Source: the human T2T-CHM13v2.0 reference genome, Homo sapiens. Taken from it: a DNA stretch of 64,000 nt. Below are positions 48,940 through 64,000 of the stretch, one piece after another. The notes under the pieces were generated by a model, which was given only the letters and a program-made list of their open reading frames with translations, was not told where the DNA came from and did no database searches. Every line of letters starts with the position of its first letter. Position 1 is the stretch's first letter. A program made the translations under genes and the position numbers. The stretch lies in NCBI RefSeq assembly GCF_009914755.1, contig NC_060926.1; one strand, written 5' to 3'.

Positions 48940-51900
48940 ATGGAAAGAAATGGATATGAATGATGAGAAATCCTAAGAAAAGCCCACTATAGAAATATTG
49001 GTGGGCAACAGACAAACAAAATCAATATTTATTATGAATAACTCTCGGATAAATGACGGAGAAATTCTTCAGTTACTATGCAGCTACCATAAAAATTCTT
49101 TTTATCAAAATTTGTACAATATTTCCAAAGCTATGCTTAGAGGCAAATGTCCAAACAAGCATGTAATTAAAGCATCAATGAAACAAGAACAGGGAGTCAG
49201 AGAAAGCAAAGTCTCAGATGAAGATTCATATAAAGAGAAGGTAAGATATAAAAATACTGTCAAAGTCTTAATAAATGGTCCTCAACTGAGGATATTTTAC
49301 AATTCCCTCTCCTTCCCCCCAAATGTTGGACAATGTCTGGGGATATTTTTGACAGTCACAACTGCAAGGATACTACTGGCCTCCAGGAGGTATAGGCTAG
49401 GGATGCGCCTAAATTTTACACAATGCACAGGATGGCCCTTCACAAAAATAATTATCTGGCCCCAATGTCAATAATGCTGGGGTTGAGAAACTCTGCTCTG
49501 AAGACAGGTTAATAGTAAAAATCAGAGGTATTAATCTTTAGAATTGACCCTTCAGGAAATTGAATCATGCAGAGGAGGAGGATAAAAGGCTCTCCGTTCA
49601 TTCAAAGGAAAAACAAAAATATCAAAATGGCTAGAAAGCAGACATTACATATAAAATAGAAGAGATGAGATCCAACCTATGAAAAATAGGTATACACAGA
49701 GAAGAAAATAAAGAAAGAAATAATGAGGCATATAATGGATAAAAAATTACTTGAACAGAAAGACCAATGGGGTCTATGGGTGGAAAAAAAAAAGGATGTT
49801 CCTGTTTGCAACAAAAAGTGCTTAAAAATTCAGCTATAAAAAAAGGGATAGATTTTAAATGAACAAAAAGCAAGGTGGTTTCAGATTTCTCCTGCCCAAG
49901 GTAAAATGTCAAAACATACCACACAGACAAACAAACAAAGATTCCTAGGGCAATATGAATATAAATTTAAGGAGAAAGGCTTCAACAAAATAAATATGTA
50001 CCCAATAAAATAGCTATTTCTAGAAGCCCAAAGAGAGGTAATATAATCCCATGGTTTCAACTAAAAAAATATTAATAATCTCAGCCAGCAAAGAAAAAAA
50101 TTGAGAAATACTAACTTAATTTAGAAAGTCATGATATGAAAAGCCTAGTCTTGAGCACTAAAGAGAGATAAAGATACCTTTATAATTATTTAAATTTTGG
50201 TAACAAATTAAAATTTAAATATTAAACTTATTCTTGAAATTCAAATGATAACCACATCTCTTATGAATGGAGATCTACATCTAAAACTTCAAAATGAAAT
50301 AGCAAAGAAAAAAGTGACTTACCTGAAATAATGAAGACAACAGATCAATATTTTATTCCTAACTTTTATAATCTTAGAAATATTGGGAATTAGTTTTTGG
50401 AAATCAAACTGTCATTATTAGTTTTACTTAAGACACTTTTTTCTTTCAAAATCATTAGTATGTTTTTATAAAATTAACAACTTAGTATATGTAGCAAGAG
50501 AAAAAAAGGAACAGAACAAATGCACAAATTTTTAAACAAAGAATCAAAAAACAATGTGACAGAAATAAGACCAAATTCATCAATATTTTTTAACCTTCAG
50601 ACTACACTGGATAAATAAAGAAGTTTTTCACTGAAAAATTATAATAACCCCATAGTGAAAAATCATTATGCATGAAATATTTTTTCTCAAATAAATAAAA
50701 CAAAGCCTATTATGAATACAAGGCTAAGTTGATACAAACACTCAGCTTTTGAATGAATAAGTAGTATTAAAAGAAATAAATTCATATACTAGAAAAGAAT
50801 AAAATATTTAAAAATTGGAGTTTTATAAACAGAACACAATTGTTATTAAAGTGCAGTTAAAGTCTTTATACAGAAATATATGCCCTATAAACACAGAGTA
50901 TATCTTTTTAAGGACTGATGAAATAGTCACTTTAACAATCACTTTTTAGACCAGGGATAAAACACTACAATGTTACAAAAATATGAAAATGAACATAAAA
51001 GTCTCTCTGGCCTCAATGCCACTGAGGCCTATTACTGGAAAGTATACATAAAAGTTTAAAGAACAAAACAAATGCAGAAAAAAATGCAATATTTATTATG
51101 AATAACTTGGATAAATGAGGGAGAAACTATTCAGTTACTATGCAGCTACCATAAAAATTCTTTTTATCAAAATTTGTACAATATTTCCAAAGCTATGCTC
51201 AGAGGCAAATGTACAGCCCTAAATGCTTTTATTATTCATTAACAAAAATAAATGTCACTAATCTAAGATTTTCACTTCTATGAAATAACACAAGCCTAAG
51301 AGCATCAGAGAAAGAAAAAATACCAAAATTAGTTGATTTGATATATGCGGAAAGGACATTTGAAAAATAAGTTGAAGAGATGATTCTGTGGAATAATAAA
51401 GAGTATAATGAATTAAATAGACACATAGCTTGCTGTTTTCATTAAGAACAATGTAGCAAACCCATGGATATATAGCATTAGAATGAAAAGCTATATTTCA
51501 ACAGATACAGTGATCATTAAAAAGTAGTAAAAACTATTATGTAAAAATCTAGGCTAATGAATCCAAGAACCTTGAATGAAAATGTTACTTTTACAGGAAT
51601 TTCTTAAATGATAAAAAAGTGATTCAGGAAATGTTAGAAAACAAAAATGTCTAATATCTATTAGAAAGAATGAAAAATAATTAAAGACTTATTAGGGTCA
51701 GACAGTTTTACTAAGGATTCCTTTTAGATTATTATTTTATAAAGTAACCCTAATATCATGTAAAATATTTGACTACTTGGCAAAATATAGAAAGATTAAC
51801 AAATTAGGAAGCTAAAATCACTGAAAAAGCAAACTTTAATTAATATACCTTATAGACCAATAAAACTTATGAATGCAGTTGCAAAAATTCTAAATAAATT

Positions 51901-53146
51901 ATTTATAAACAGTACGTTAGTAGAATAATTTATGACAGCCAAGTAGGATTATTTCATTATTGATATTAGGAAATAAATTATTTTTAAAAAGAGCATGGAT
52001 AGATGTAATTTTCGACATGACATCTATTTTAAACTTACATGATGTTAATTCTCAGTTATTAAGGATAATATCATGGTTACTGGAAAATACTGAAGGCATT
52101 TTAACTTCAATGTTGCTTATGAGAAAATTGCCTAATATCCCTATTACTGTCTCATGTTGTTTTAAACACTGATCAAGATAAAGAGACTTAAACACAAATA
52201 AAATCTTCAGCTATTGGTAATGAGAAGACAAGTATCAATATATATGACTTGTTTCTGTGGAAACACAAGATAATTACCTGAAATGTGATTCAAATTATTA
52301 TGAAGTTAATTGAAACCTTTCCAATATACCAGCAATAAAAAATTGGACACTGGAATGAAAAATATGCTATTCATAATGCAACCAGACATAGAATACATGA
52401 AACAACTTGATAAGAAATGTGGGTAACTTATGGAAATTAAACAAAGAAAAAATTACCAGACATATAAAACATGATGAGATATATACCATGTTTACAGATG
52501 GGAATATCAAATATTATAGAATGAATGTCTTCCTAAATCAATACAGAGATTTAAGGTAATCTCAATCAAGATTTAAATTAGATTGTTTCATTTGTTCTGA
52601 CAGGGACAAGGGAGGCTTGAAAAAGTGGTTTGAAAGTGTAGTTGGAAGAAAACATGGATAATTTTAAAACAGAAAGCAACAATGAGTGATAAAAAAAATT
52701 ACCGAAGTTTTTGTGGATATGTAATTACAAAACTACAACTAAAAGATAGTTGAATTGGTTCAACAATTAAAACACATGTTAACTGAATATGTTAGTTAGC
52801 CTTAAACTACAATACAGAGTTTATTCGAATCTAAGTATGAAAAGAAAGCAGCACACACCAGTGGGGAATCAGTTAATTATTCAGGATAAAATGTTGAAAA
52901 AAATTGTTATGTATATAAGCTAGTAATAACATTAGATTTTTTTCCCGTGCAATTAATTAAAGATAGCCTCCAAAAAATCTACCAAAAATACTCGTGTGTG
53001 TGTGTATGTGTATAGACCATAGGTTTTCAAAATATAAGTCAGCCAAAAGATATCCAAGACATGAGTGTGGTAAAATATAAGTTGCAAAGTAGATATATGA
53101 TTAAAATTATTTTAAAATGTGAAAAAAGGAAATATGCATTGTATAT
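48940..53146 (+). mobile_element. Ancient, highly decayed L1M(E) body; resumes at about 59204-60300
   Basis: A-rich sense strand with L1 ORF2-like landmarks in order (TATAGACCAATAAAACTTATGAATGCAGTTGCAAAAATTCTAAATAAA; ATACCATGTTTACAGATGGGAA; AATGCAGATTAAAGCAA). Confidence 0.7.
49273..49495. mobile_element. MER20 hAT DNA transposon
   Basis: TGGTCCTCAAC...TTGGACAATGTCTGGGGATATTTTTGACAGTCACAACTG...TCTGGCCCCAATGTCAATAATGCTGGGGTTGAGAAACTCTG. Confidence 0.85.
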
Positions 53147-53386
53147 ATAAATTTTTATTTTTATTTATTTATTTATTTATTATTATACTTTAAGTTTTAG
53201 GGTACATGTGCACATTGTGCAGGTTAGTTACATATGTATACATGTGCCATGCTGGTGCGCTGCACCCAATAACTCGTCATCTAGCATTAGGTATATCTCC
53301 TAATGCTATCCCTCCCCACTACCCCCACCCCACAACAATCCCCAGAGTGTGATATTCCCCTTCCTGTGTCCATGTGTTCTCATTGT

Positions 53387-57207
<3,821 letters not shown>

Positions 57208-57270
57208 TATGATGTTAGCTGGTTATTTTGCTCGTTAGTTGATGCAGTTTCTTCCTAGTCTCGATGGTCT

Positions 57271-58286
57271 TTACATTTTGGCATGATTTTGCAGCGGCTG
57301 GTACCAATTGTTCCTTTCCATGTTTAGTGCTTCCTTCAGGAGCTCTTTTAGGGCAGGCCTGGTGGTGACAAAATCTCTCAGCATTTGTTTGTCTGTAAAG
57401 TATTTTATTTCTCCTTCACTTATGAAGCTTAGTTTGGCTGGATATGAAATTCTGGATTGAAAATTCTTTTCTTTAAGAATGTTGAATATTGGCCCCCACT
57501 CTCTTCTGGCTTGTAGGGTTTCTGCCGAGAGATCAGCTGTTAGTCTGATGGGCTTCCCTTTGAGGGTAACCCAACCTTTCTCTCTGGCTGCCCTTAACAT
57601 TTTTTCCTCATTTCAACTTTGGTGAATCTGACAATTATGTGTCTTGGAGTTGCTCTTCTCGAGGAGTATCTTTGTGGTGTTCTCTGTATTTCCTGAATCT
57701 GAACGTTGGCCTGCCTTGCTAGATTGGGGAAGTTCTCCTGGATAATATCCTGCAGAGTGTTTTCCAACTTGGTTCCATTCTCCCCATCACTTTCAGGTAC
57801 ACCAATCAGACGTAGATTTGGTCTTTTCACATAGTCCCATATTTCTTGGAGGCTTTGCTCATTTCTTTTTATTCTTTTTTCTCTAAACTTCCCTTCTCAC
57901 TTCATTTCATTCATTTCATCTTCCATTGCTGATACCCTTTCTTCCAGTTGATCGCATCGGCTCCTGAGGCTTCTGCATTCTTCACGTAGTTCTCGAGCCT
58001 TGGTTTTCTGCTCCATCAGCTCCTTTAAGCACTTCTCTGTATTGGTTATTCTAGTTATACATTCTTCTAAATTTTTTTCAAAGTTTTCAACTACTTTGCC
58101 TTTGGTTTGAATGTTCTCCCGTAGCTCAGAGTAATTTGATCGTCCGAAGCCTTCTCCTCTCAGCTCGTCAAAGTCATTCTCCATCCAGCTTTGTTCCATT
58201 GCTGGTGAGGAACTGCGTTCCTTTGGAGGAGGAGAGGCGCTCTGCTTTTTAGAGTTTCCAGTTTTTCTGTTCTGTTTTTTCCCCAT
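57271..58286 (-). pseudogene. L1 ORF1p, disrupted
   Basis: MGKKQNRKTGNSKKQSASPPPKE...; TGA at 57897-57899 where consensus has Arg; frameshift near 57600-57610; three ORF pieces in the track. Confidence 0.95.
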
Positions 58287-58289
58287 CTT

Positions 58290-59192
58290 TGTGGTTTTAT
58301 CTACTTTTAGTCTTTGATGATGGTGATGTACAGATGGGTTTTTGGTGTGGATGTCCTTTCTGTTTGTTAGTTTTCCTTCTAACAGACAGGACCCTCAGCT
58401 GCAGGTCTGTGGGAATACCCTGCCGTGTGAGGTGTCAGTGTGCCCCTGCTGGGGGGTGCCTCCCATTTAGGCTGCTCGGGGGTCAGGGGTCAGGGACCCA
58501 CTTGAGGAGGCAGTCTGCCCGTTCTCAGATCTCCAGCTGTGTGCTGGGAGAACCACTGCTCTCTTCAAAGCTGTCAGACAGGGACATTTAAGTCTGCAGA
58601 GGTTACTGCTGTCTTTTTGTTTGTCTGTGCCCTGCCCCCAGAGGTGGAGCCTACAGAGGCAGGTAGGCCTCCTTGAGGTGTGGTGGGCTCCACCCAGTTT
58701 GAGCTTCCAGGCTGCTTTGTTTACCTAAGCAAGCCTGGGCAATGGTGGCCGCCCCTCCCCCAGCCTCACTGCCGCCTTGCAGTTTGATCTCAGACTGCTG
58801 TGCTAGCAATCAGCAAGACTCTGTGGGCGTAGGACCCTCCAAGCCAGGTGTGGGATATAATCTCGTGGTGCGCCGTTTTTTAAGCCCGTCGGAATAGCGC
58901 AGTATTCGGGTGGTGGTGACCCGATTTTCCAGGTGCGTCCATCACCCCTTTCTTTGACTCGGAAAGGGAACTTCCTGACCCCTTGCGCTTCCCGAGTGAT
59001 CCAATGCCTCGCCCTGCTTCAGCTCGCGCACGGTGCGCGCACCCACTGACCTGTGCCCACTGTCTGGCACTCCCTAGTGAGATGAACCCGGTACCTCAGA
59101 TGGAAATGCAGAAATCACCCATCTTCTGCGTCGCTCATGCTGGGAGCTGTAGACTGGAGCTGTTCCTATTCGGCCATCTTGGCTCCTCCCCC
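58290..59192. promoter_or_regulatory. L1 5'UTR internal sense promoter and antisense promoter
   Basis: Complete 5'UTR with many CpGs retained; YY1 core CAAGATGGCCG on - at about 59171-59181; activity inferred from the family, not shown. Confidence 0.75.
58742..58897 (+). pseudogene. L1 ORF0, truncated to 51 aa
   Basis: Manual translation MVAAPPPASLPPCSLISDCCASNQQDSVGVGPSKPGVGYNLVVRRFLSPSE*; TAG at 58895-58897. Confidence 0.85.
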
Positions 59193-61139
59193 ATAAATTT
59201 TTAAATAGGTAGATCATATCTGCAGTGATACCTTAAGAGCTAACAAAAATATATTTTTTGAAGGTGGCTATGGTAAGAAGAATTAAGTGAAGGTCAAGGT
59301 GGATTTCTGCTTTTTTTTGTTTTTCAGTATTTTACAGTGATAGAAATAATTTTTTTGTACAAGAAAAATTTAAAGACAAAAATTAAAATAAACCAATGGA
59401 AAGCATACAAAGATCACTGTATTAGATATATGATACAAAATGTATTGACTAAAAACAAAAATAAATATGTGAAGCAAAGAGTAAACTAAGACATTTTTGT
59501 AGTATATATTTTTACCTTGTAAAAAGTTCTTAAGAATTTTGCAAAAATGCCTCAATATAAAAGTGAGCATTCAATATGAACAATTTACAGAGGCCAGAAA
59601 ATGTGTTGAAAAGATCAGCATTACAAGTAATCAGTAATGCAGATTAAAGCAATATCGAGTTTTCACTTATCACATTGCAATAGATTTTTAAAATATAATT
59701 CAATACTAGAAGGAATGACTTTTATAACAGTTTTATACATTTTTAATGAGAGTGTGAATGGGGTAGCCTTACTCCATAATGGTTTGCAAAATTTACCCTT
59801 TGCTCCAACAGTTTCACTTTTTAGAAATTTATCTTAAATTTGAAAAAGAAGAGAGACAGACAAATACTGGTGTAAAATGATGATTATTGCATCAAAATTT
59901 ATCATAGTGTGAAAAATAAAGACAACCCAAAATATAGAATATTCCTATAAGGAATTGATGTGCACCAACTAATTCTCATGTTTTAGAAGTTTATCCACCA
60001 TCATGATAACAGGCAAAAAAGTGGGATACAAAACTGTTAAACATTTTTGTTTTGTTGAATGCACACAAAACGCTCAAAAATACTCCTAGAAAATAGAAAA
60101 AAATGTTAAAAATTCATATGAATGTGTGTATGAGTCTGTGGAGACCTGGAGATAGGAAGATACAGATTATAGATACATATCCATATATATAATTATATGG
60201 AATTGATTTGAAGTTTCTGTTTATTTTCCCATGAAACTTTTCTGCTTTAAAAGATTTCTGTTTTTAATTAACATCCAAGTTTTTGTAGTCAGGAAAAAGG
60301 AAACGAGCATTAAAAAGACACAAAAAGTACAAATGACCCTTCCACAGTGAGTATCTGCCTCTTTGCTGACAGAACTACATCCACTAAACAGTCAAAGAAT
60401 CATCTTCTGTGACAGAGTCTAGTGGCATTTAACAAGGAATTTTGTGAGCCTTTAAGGACCAAATATTTATAAATTCTCACCACACCTCTGGAAAGTAGGT
60501 AAGGAAGCATATTATTCCTTTGAAAGCAAGCCCTCCTTTATCAATCTTGTCAAGACTGTCAAATCTTCCCCATGCAATAGCAATTATTGTTATTTTTCCT
60601 TAGTAATAATAAAATACCAGAGTAACCAGAATCAAGTTTATGCAAAGAGGAAACGGATGCCCCCATTGGTGGTCCAAGTTTTTGTAGGGCCAACAGAAAG
60701 TCATCACAGATTCCAACACTCCATCTCCACCAGGTCATTGATGCTGGATATCAGACACGATGCCTTTTCGTTCATTATTTAAATAAAGATCGATTAAGTG
60801 CCTAGCTTGTAGATGCTGCAAATATAGCAGTGAAAAACAAAAACGAAACCAAAACAAAGTTTCTGATTTCAGAGAGCTCATAGTCTAGTGTGTTGTTGGT
60901 TACCATTTCCCCCTTCTGACTCCACCCCAGATCTCCAAAACACTTATGCAGTGGTGTCCCTAAAGGCTTAGATCCTTTCAAGTTCCCAGATTAACCTAGA
61001 CATAAAATAATACTAATATGAATAAACACATATGTATTGCTGAAAATTAAAGCATTCTCCTAACCAATCCTACAATGCTTTGCCCCATTCATACCCCAGA
61101 TGTGGTCTGTCTAATCAGCTCATGGACCTAAAGTCACCA

Positions 61140-61262
61140 TAGCTGTGATGTTCCATGTGGTAGCCACTAACCACATGTGGCTGTTACACCAGTCACATGT
61201 GGTGAATACAGATATAGAATATTTGCTTCATTGGGAAAGGTATATTGGGCAGCTCTGCTCTA
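61140..61262. mobile_element. MER3-like hAT fragment
   Basis: GTGGTAGCCACTAACCACATGTGGCT...AAGGTATATTGGGCAGCTCTG. Confidence 0.7.
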
Positions 61263-61285
61263 TAGTTTTATTGGGATCCTTATTA

Positions 61286-61568
<283 letters not shown>

Positions 61569-61589
61569 TATTTGTATTTAATATAAACT

Positions 61590-62370
61590 TTCTTAACTCC
61601 CAACCTATGTTTCCAGATCTGCTTGTCTAGGCCTTCTTTTTCAGATCTAGACTCTTCTCCAGATATCCCCAGTCTTCTGCTTGTTAATGGAATACTTTCC
61701 ATGGCCACTGATGGAGTGCCTAGGGTTCTGAGACTCACACAGTCCATGTTTTACATATGTTCTTCCCAACTTGTGGGTCAAACAGGTACTAATTACCGAA
61801 CTGTGGCTAAGTCTGCCATGCACAGGCCTTTAAAACATTCTGGCCTCTCCCTTCTTCAGATCTCTAGTGCCACTTTCTAGGAAACCCATCATCTTTCCAC
61901 CATCCATTATCTCACTGCCATGGCCAAGCCTAATCTGAAACTCTCATTTCTTCCAAACATGGAATTGCCTTATCTTTGGACCTGATACTCATGAATAAAG
62001 TTTCTTGTTCTAACTTTGTCTTCCCTCATTCTGTACAGTTTATATTCTTAATATGAAGCTGTTTCTTCTGGCTTCCTTCAAAGAATATCTTTTCCAATGA
62101 GGCCGAATCTCAATACTGAAACCTCCAATTTTGCAAGCATTTATGTTGATGCCTAGAAAGTACCTTACTTTAAGAATTCCCTTGAACCCTGAAACTCCCC
62201 TCCCGTTATACTTCTGGAGTCAAAATTTTTTGACCTAATGAGTTTTCATGGCCCTACATTGTGTTGGTGGCAAGGTGTTTTTCCAGGTTATCCCTCCTTC
62301 TCCTCTTCTCATCCCAGAAACTGCTAGTATATATGCCTTGCACCTAAGTCTTGAATAATTCATTCAACAA
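61590..62370 (+). mobile_element. L2 remnants
   Basis: Pyrimidine-rich L2-like text (CTTGTTAATGGAATACTTTCC, CTTCTGGCTTCCTTCAAAG); boundaries approximate. Confidence 0.5.
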
Positions 62371-62954
62371 CATCAAAAGCTCGTATTTCTTGAGCAAGGA
62401 TTCTATATGAGGCAGTGTGCTCCAACAAGGGGATAGACAGGGAGGAATGAAATATACAAGAAGATTGCTGTCTAATTATGACAAGGAATTCTTTGACAAG
62501 GGAGAAAACCTTTCTTTTCTGCAGTAAGAGATCATGTTCAAAATGCAAGTAATCCTTAGGAAAAGAAACTCGACGTTCACAAATTTACTTCTGTTATAAA
62601 GGCATTCTGGCTCAGGAATGAGAAGGAAACCATGAAAACAGAAAAACAAACAATAAACAGCAACAACAGGGGAAAAAAAACCCTTGAAAAGTTAGTTATT
62701 TTTCATGAGATAGTTCTGGTCTTCACATATTTATGCTCTTTGTTTTCTTTTAAAAAATACACTGAAAAGGATGACTAGGGAAAAGAAAAGTTTGCAGAGA
62801 TTTTTGTTTCCTTAGTAGCATGAACTGGTCTAACAAATTGGAAGTATTTTCCAATTGTCTCTCAAATCCAAGCATTCATGAACTGTTTCAACTTTAGACT
62901 GACTTGAGCCATTAGCGAGTTTTATGTTTTCAGATCAGTCTGTTGTGACCATCT

Positions 62955-63390
62955 ATTTATTCATTTATTCAACAATTTTTTATTAATTATCCAGGATGTG
63001 CTAGCTCCTGTTCTGGGTTCGGGAATACAGTGACCAAGATGGACAAAGTGCTTATTTTCATGCAAATAAGCAAACAAATACTAAAGTATCTGGGACTGAA
63101 GAGTGCTAAGAAGAATAGAGTAAACAGGTATATTTGCTCTTAAGGTGTTCTGGGACAGCCTTTTAAAGGAGGTGACATAAGAGCAGAGACTAGAATGGCA
63201 ATGAGAGGGTAAACTCCATGAGTGACTTGGGAAGAGTGTCCCATGCAGAAGAAATCACTCATAAAAAAATTCCAAAGCAAAGGTAATGACATGCACTGAT
63301 TCTTGTCTTAAAATGGTTTATCTGGCTTCTGTGTGAATAATGCACTAGTGTGGAAAAGCAAGACAGAAGCAAAGGCACCATTAGGAGACA
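62955..63390 (-). mobile_element. L2 3' portion
   Basis: TTCATTTATTCAACAA tail, GGGAATACAGTGACCAAGATGGACAAAG, GGAGGTGACATAAGAGCAGAGAC. Confidence 0.85.
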
Positions 63391-64000
63391 ATGCATCTTT
63401 AGCTCTCTGATTCAAAGCTATTCTAAGTCCTGAATGTTCATTATCATCTTGGCACTTAAGTAGAATGCATTTTTCTTATCTATGCACTATAATCCATTCT
63501 CAGGAATGCATATGTTCCATGTATGTTATCTCAATGTTAAGCCTTAAAGCTCAATGACAATATCTTGTTTTGGGAACACGAATACTTCAATTTGATAGTG
63601 TTGAGCCTTCAATGATTGAATCTTGCAGTGCTTACTGGAAACTGCATTGGTTGCTCTACGCTTGTTGTTTGTATTTCTACATGGAAAGGGTAACTCTAGC
63701 ATGACCTTCCTCCCGTTGCCAAGAATTAAATCTCAGCTTTTCCAAGGATCATCAAGACTACCTTGCCACTGATACAGCTTTTTGGCATTTGTGGAAAGCT
63801 GATTTTTTTTTTTAATTAAGAGAATGCCTGAAGATATTTACCCTTTCCAACTAAAAAGCCTTGGGTAAGGACATAAAAACTACATTCATGCCCATTTTCT
63901 TATGGAGAGCAAGCATATGCCTTCTTCATTTAAATGGCAGAATGGTAAACACAGAGAAAACACATTAGTTACTGTTAGCACTTGCATAAAAATTAGCAAA

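Noticed and set aside
48998-49474. 158-aa ORF
   Set aside because: Runs across an L1 fossil, the 128-bp duplicated insert and MER20; non-ATG start and no recognisable domain

Overview
This is primate, most likely human or great ape, non-coding genomic DNA (intergenic or deep intronic). It is AT-rich and well over half interspersed repeat: Alu/FLAM, L1 of many ages, L2, CR1/L3, MIR, MaLR/ERVL LTRs, and Tigger and hAT DNA transposons. I recognise no host protein-coding exon, tRNA, rRNA or CRISPR array; almost all long ORFs in the track are L1 remnants or chance frames. The main feature is a full-length 6,035-bp minus-strand L1PA2/L1PA3-type element (53158-59192) with an 11-bp TSD. Its ORF1 and ORF2 are dead, its 5'UTR is the short ZNF93-escape form, and its ORF0 is truncated. 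Also present: a twin-primed, 5'-inverted old L1 with TSD, nested L1/Alu insertions, and three non-adjacent local duplications (34.7/36.0 kb, 40.1/41.2 kb, 49.0/51.1 kb). A repeat-poor, GC-richer island at about 39.9-42.5 kb carries splice signals and TF motifs and is the best candidate for unannotated function (lncRNA exons or an enhancer). I found no convincing new biological system. Subfamily names are by eye, and boundaries without a TSD are approximate.
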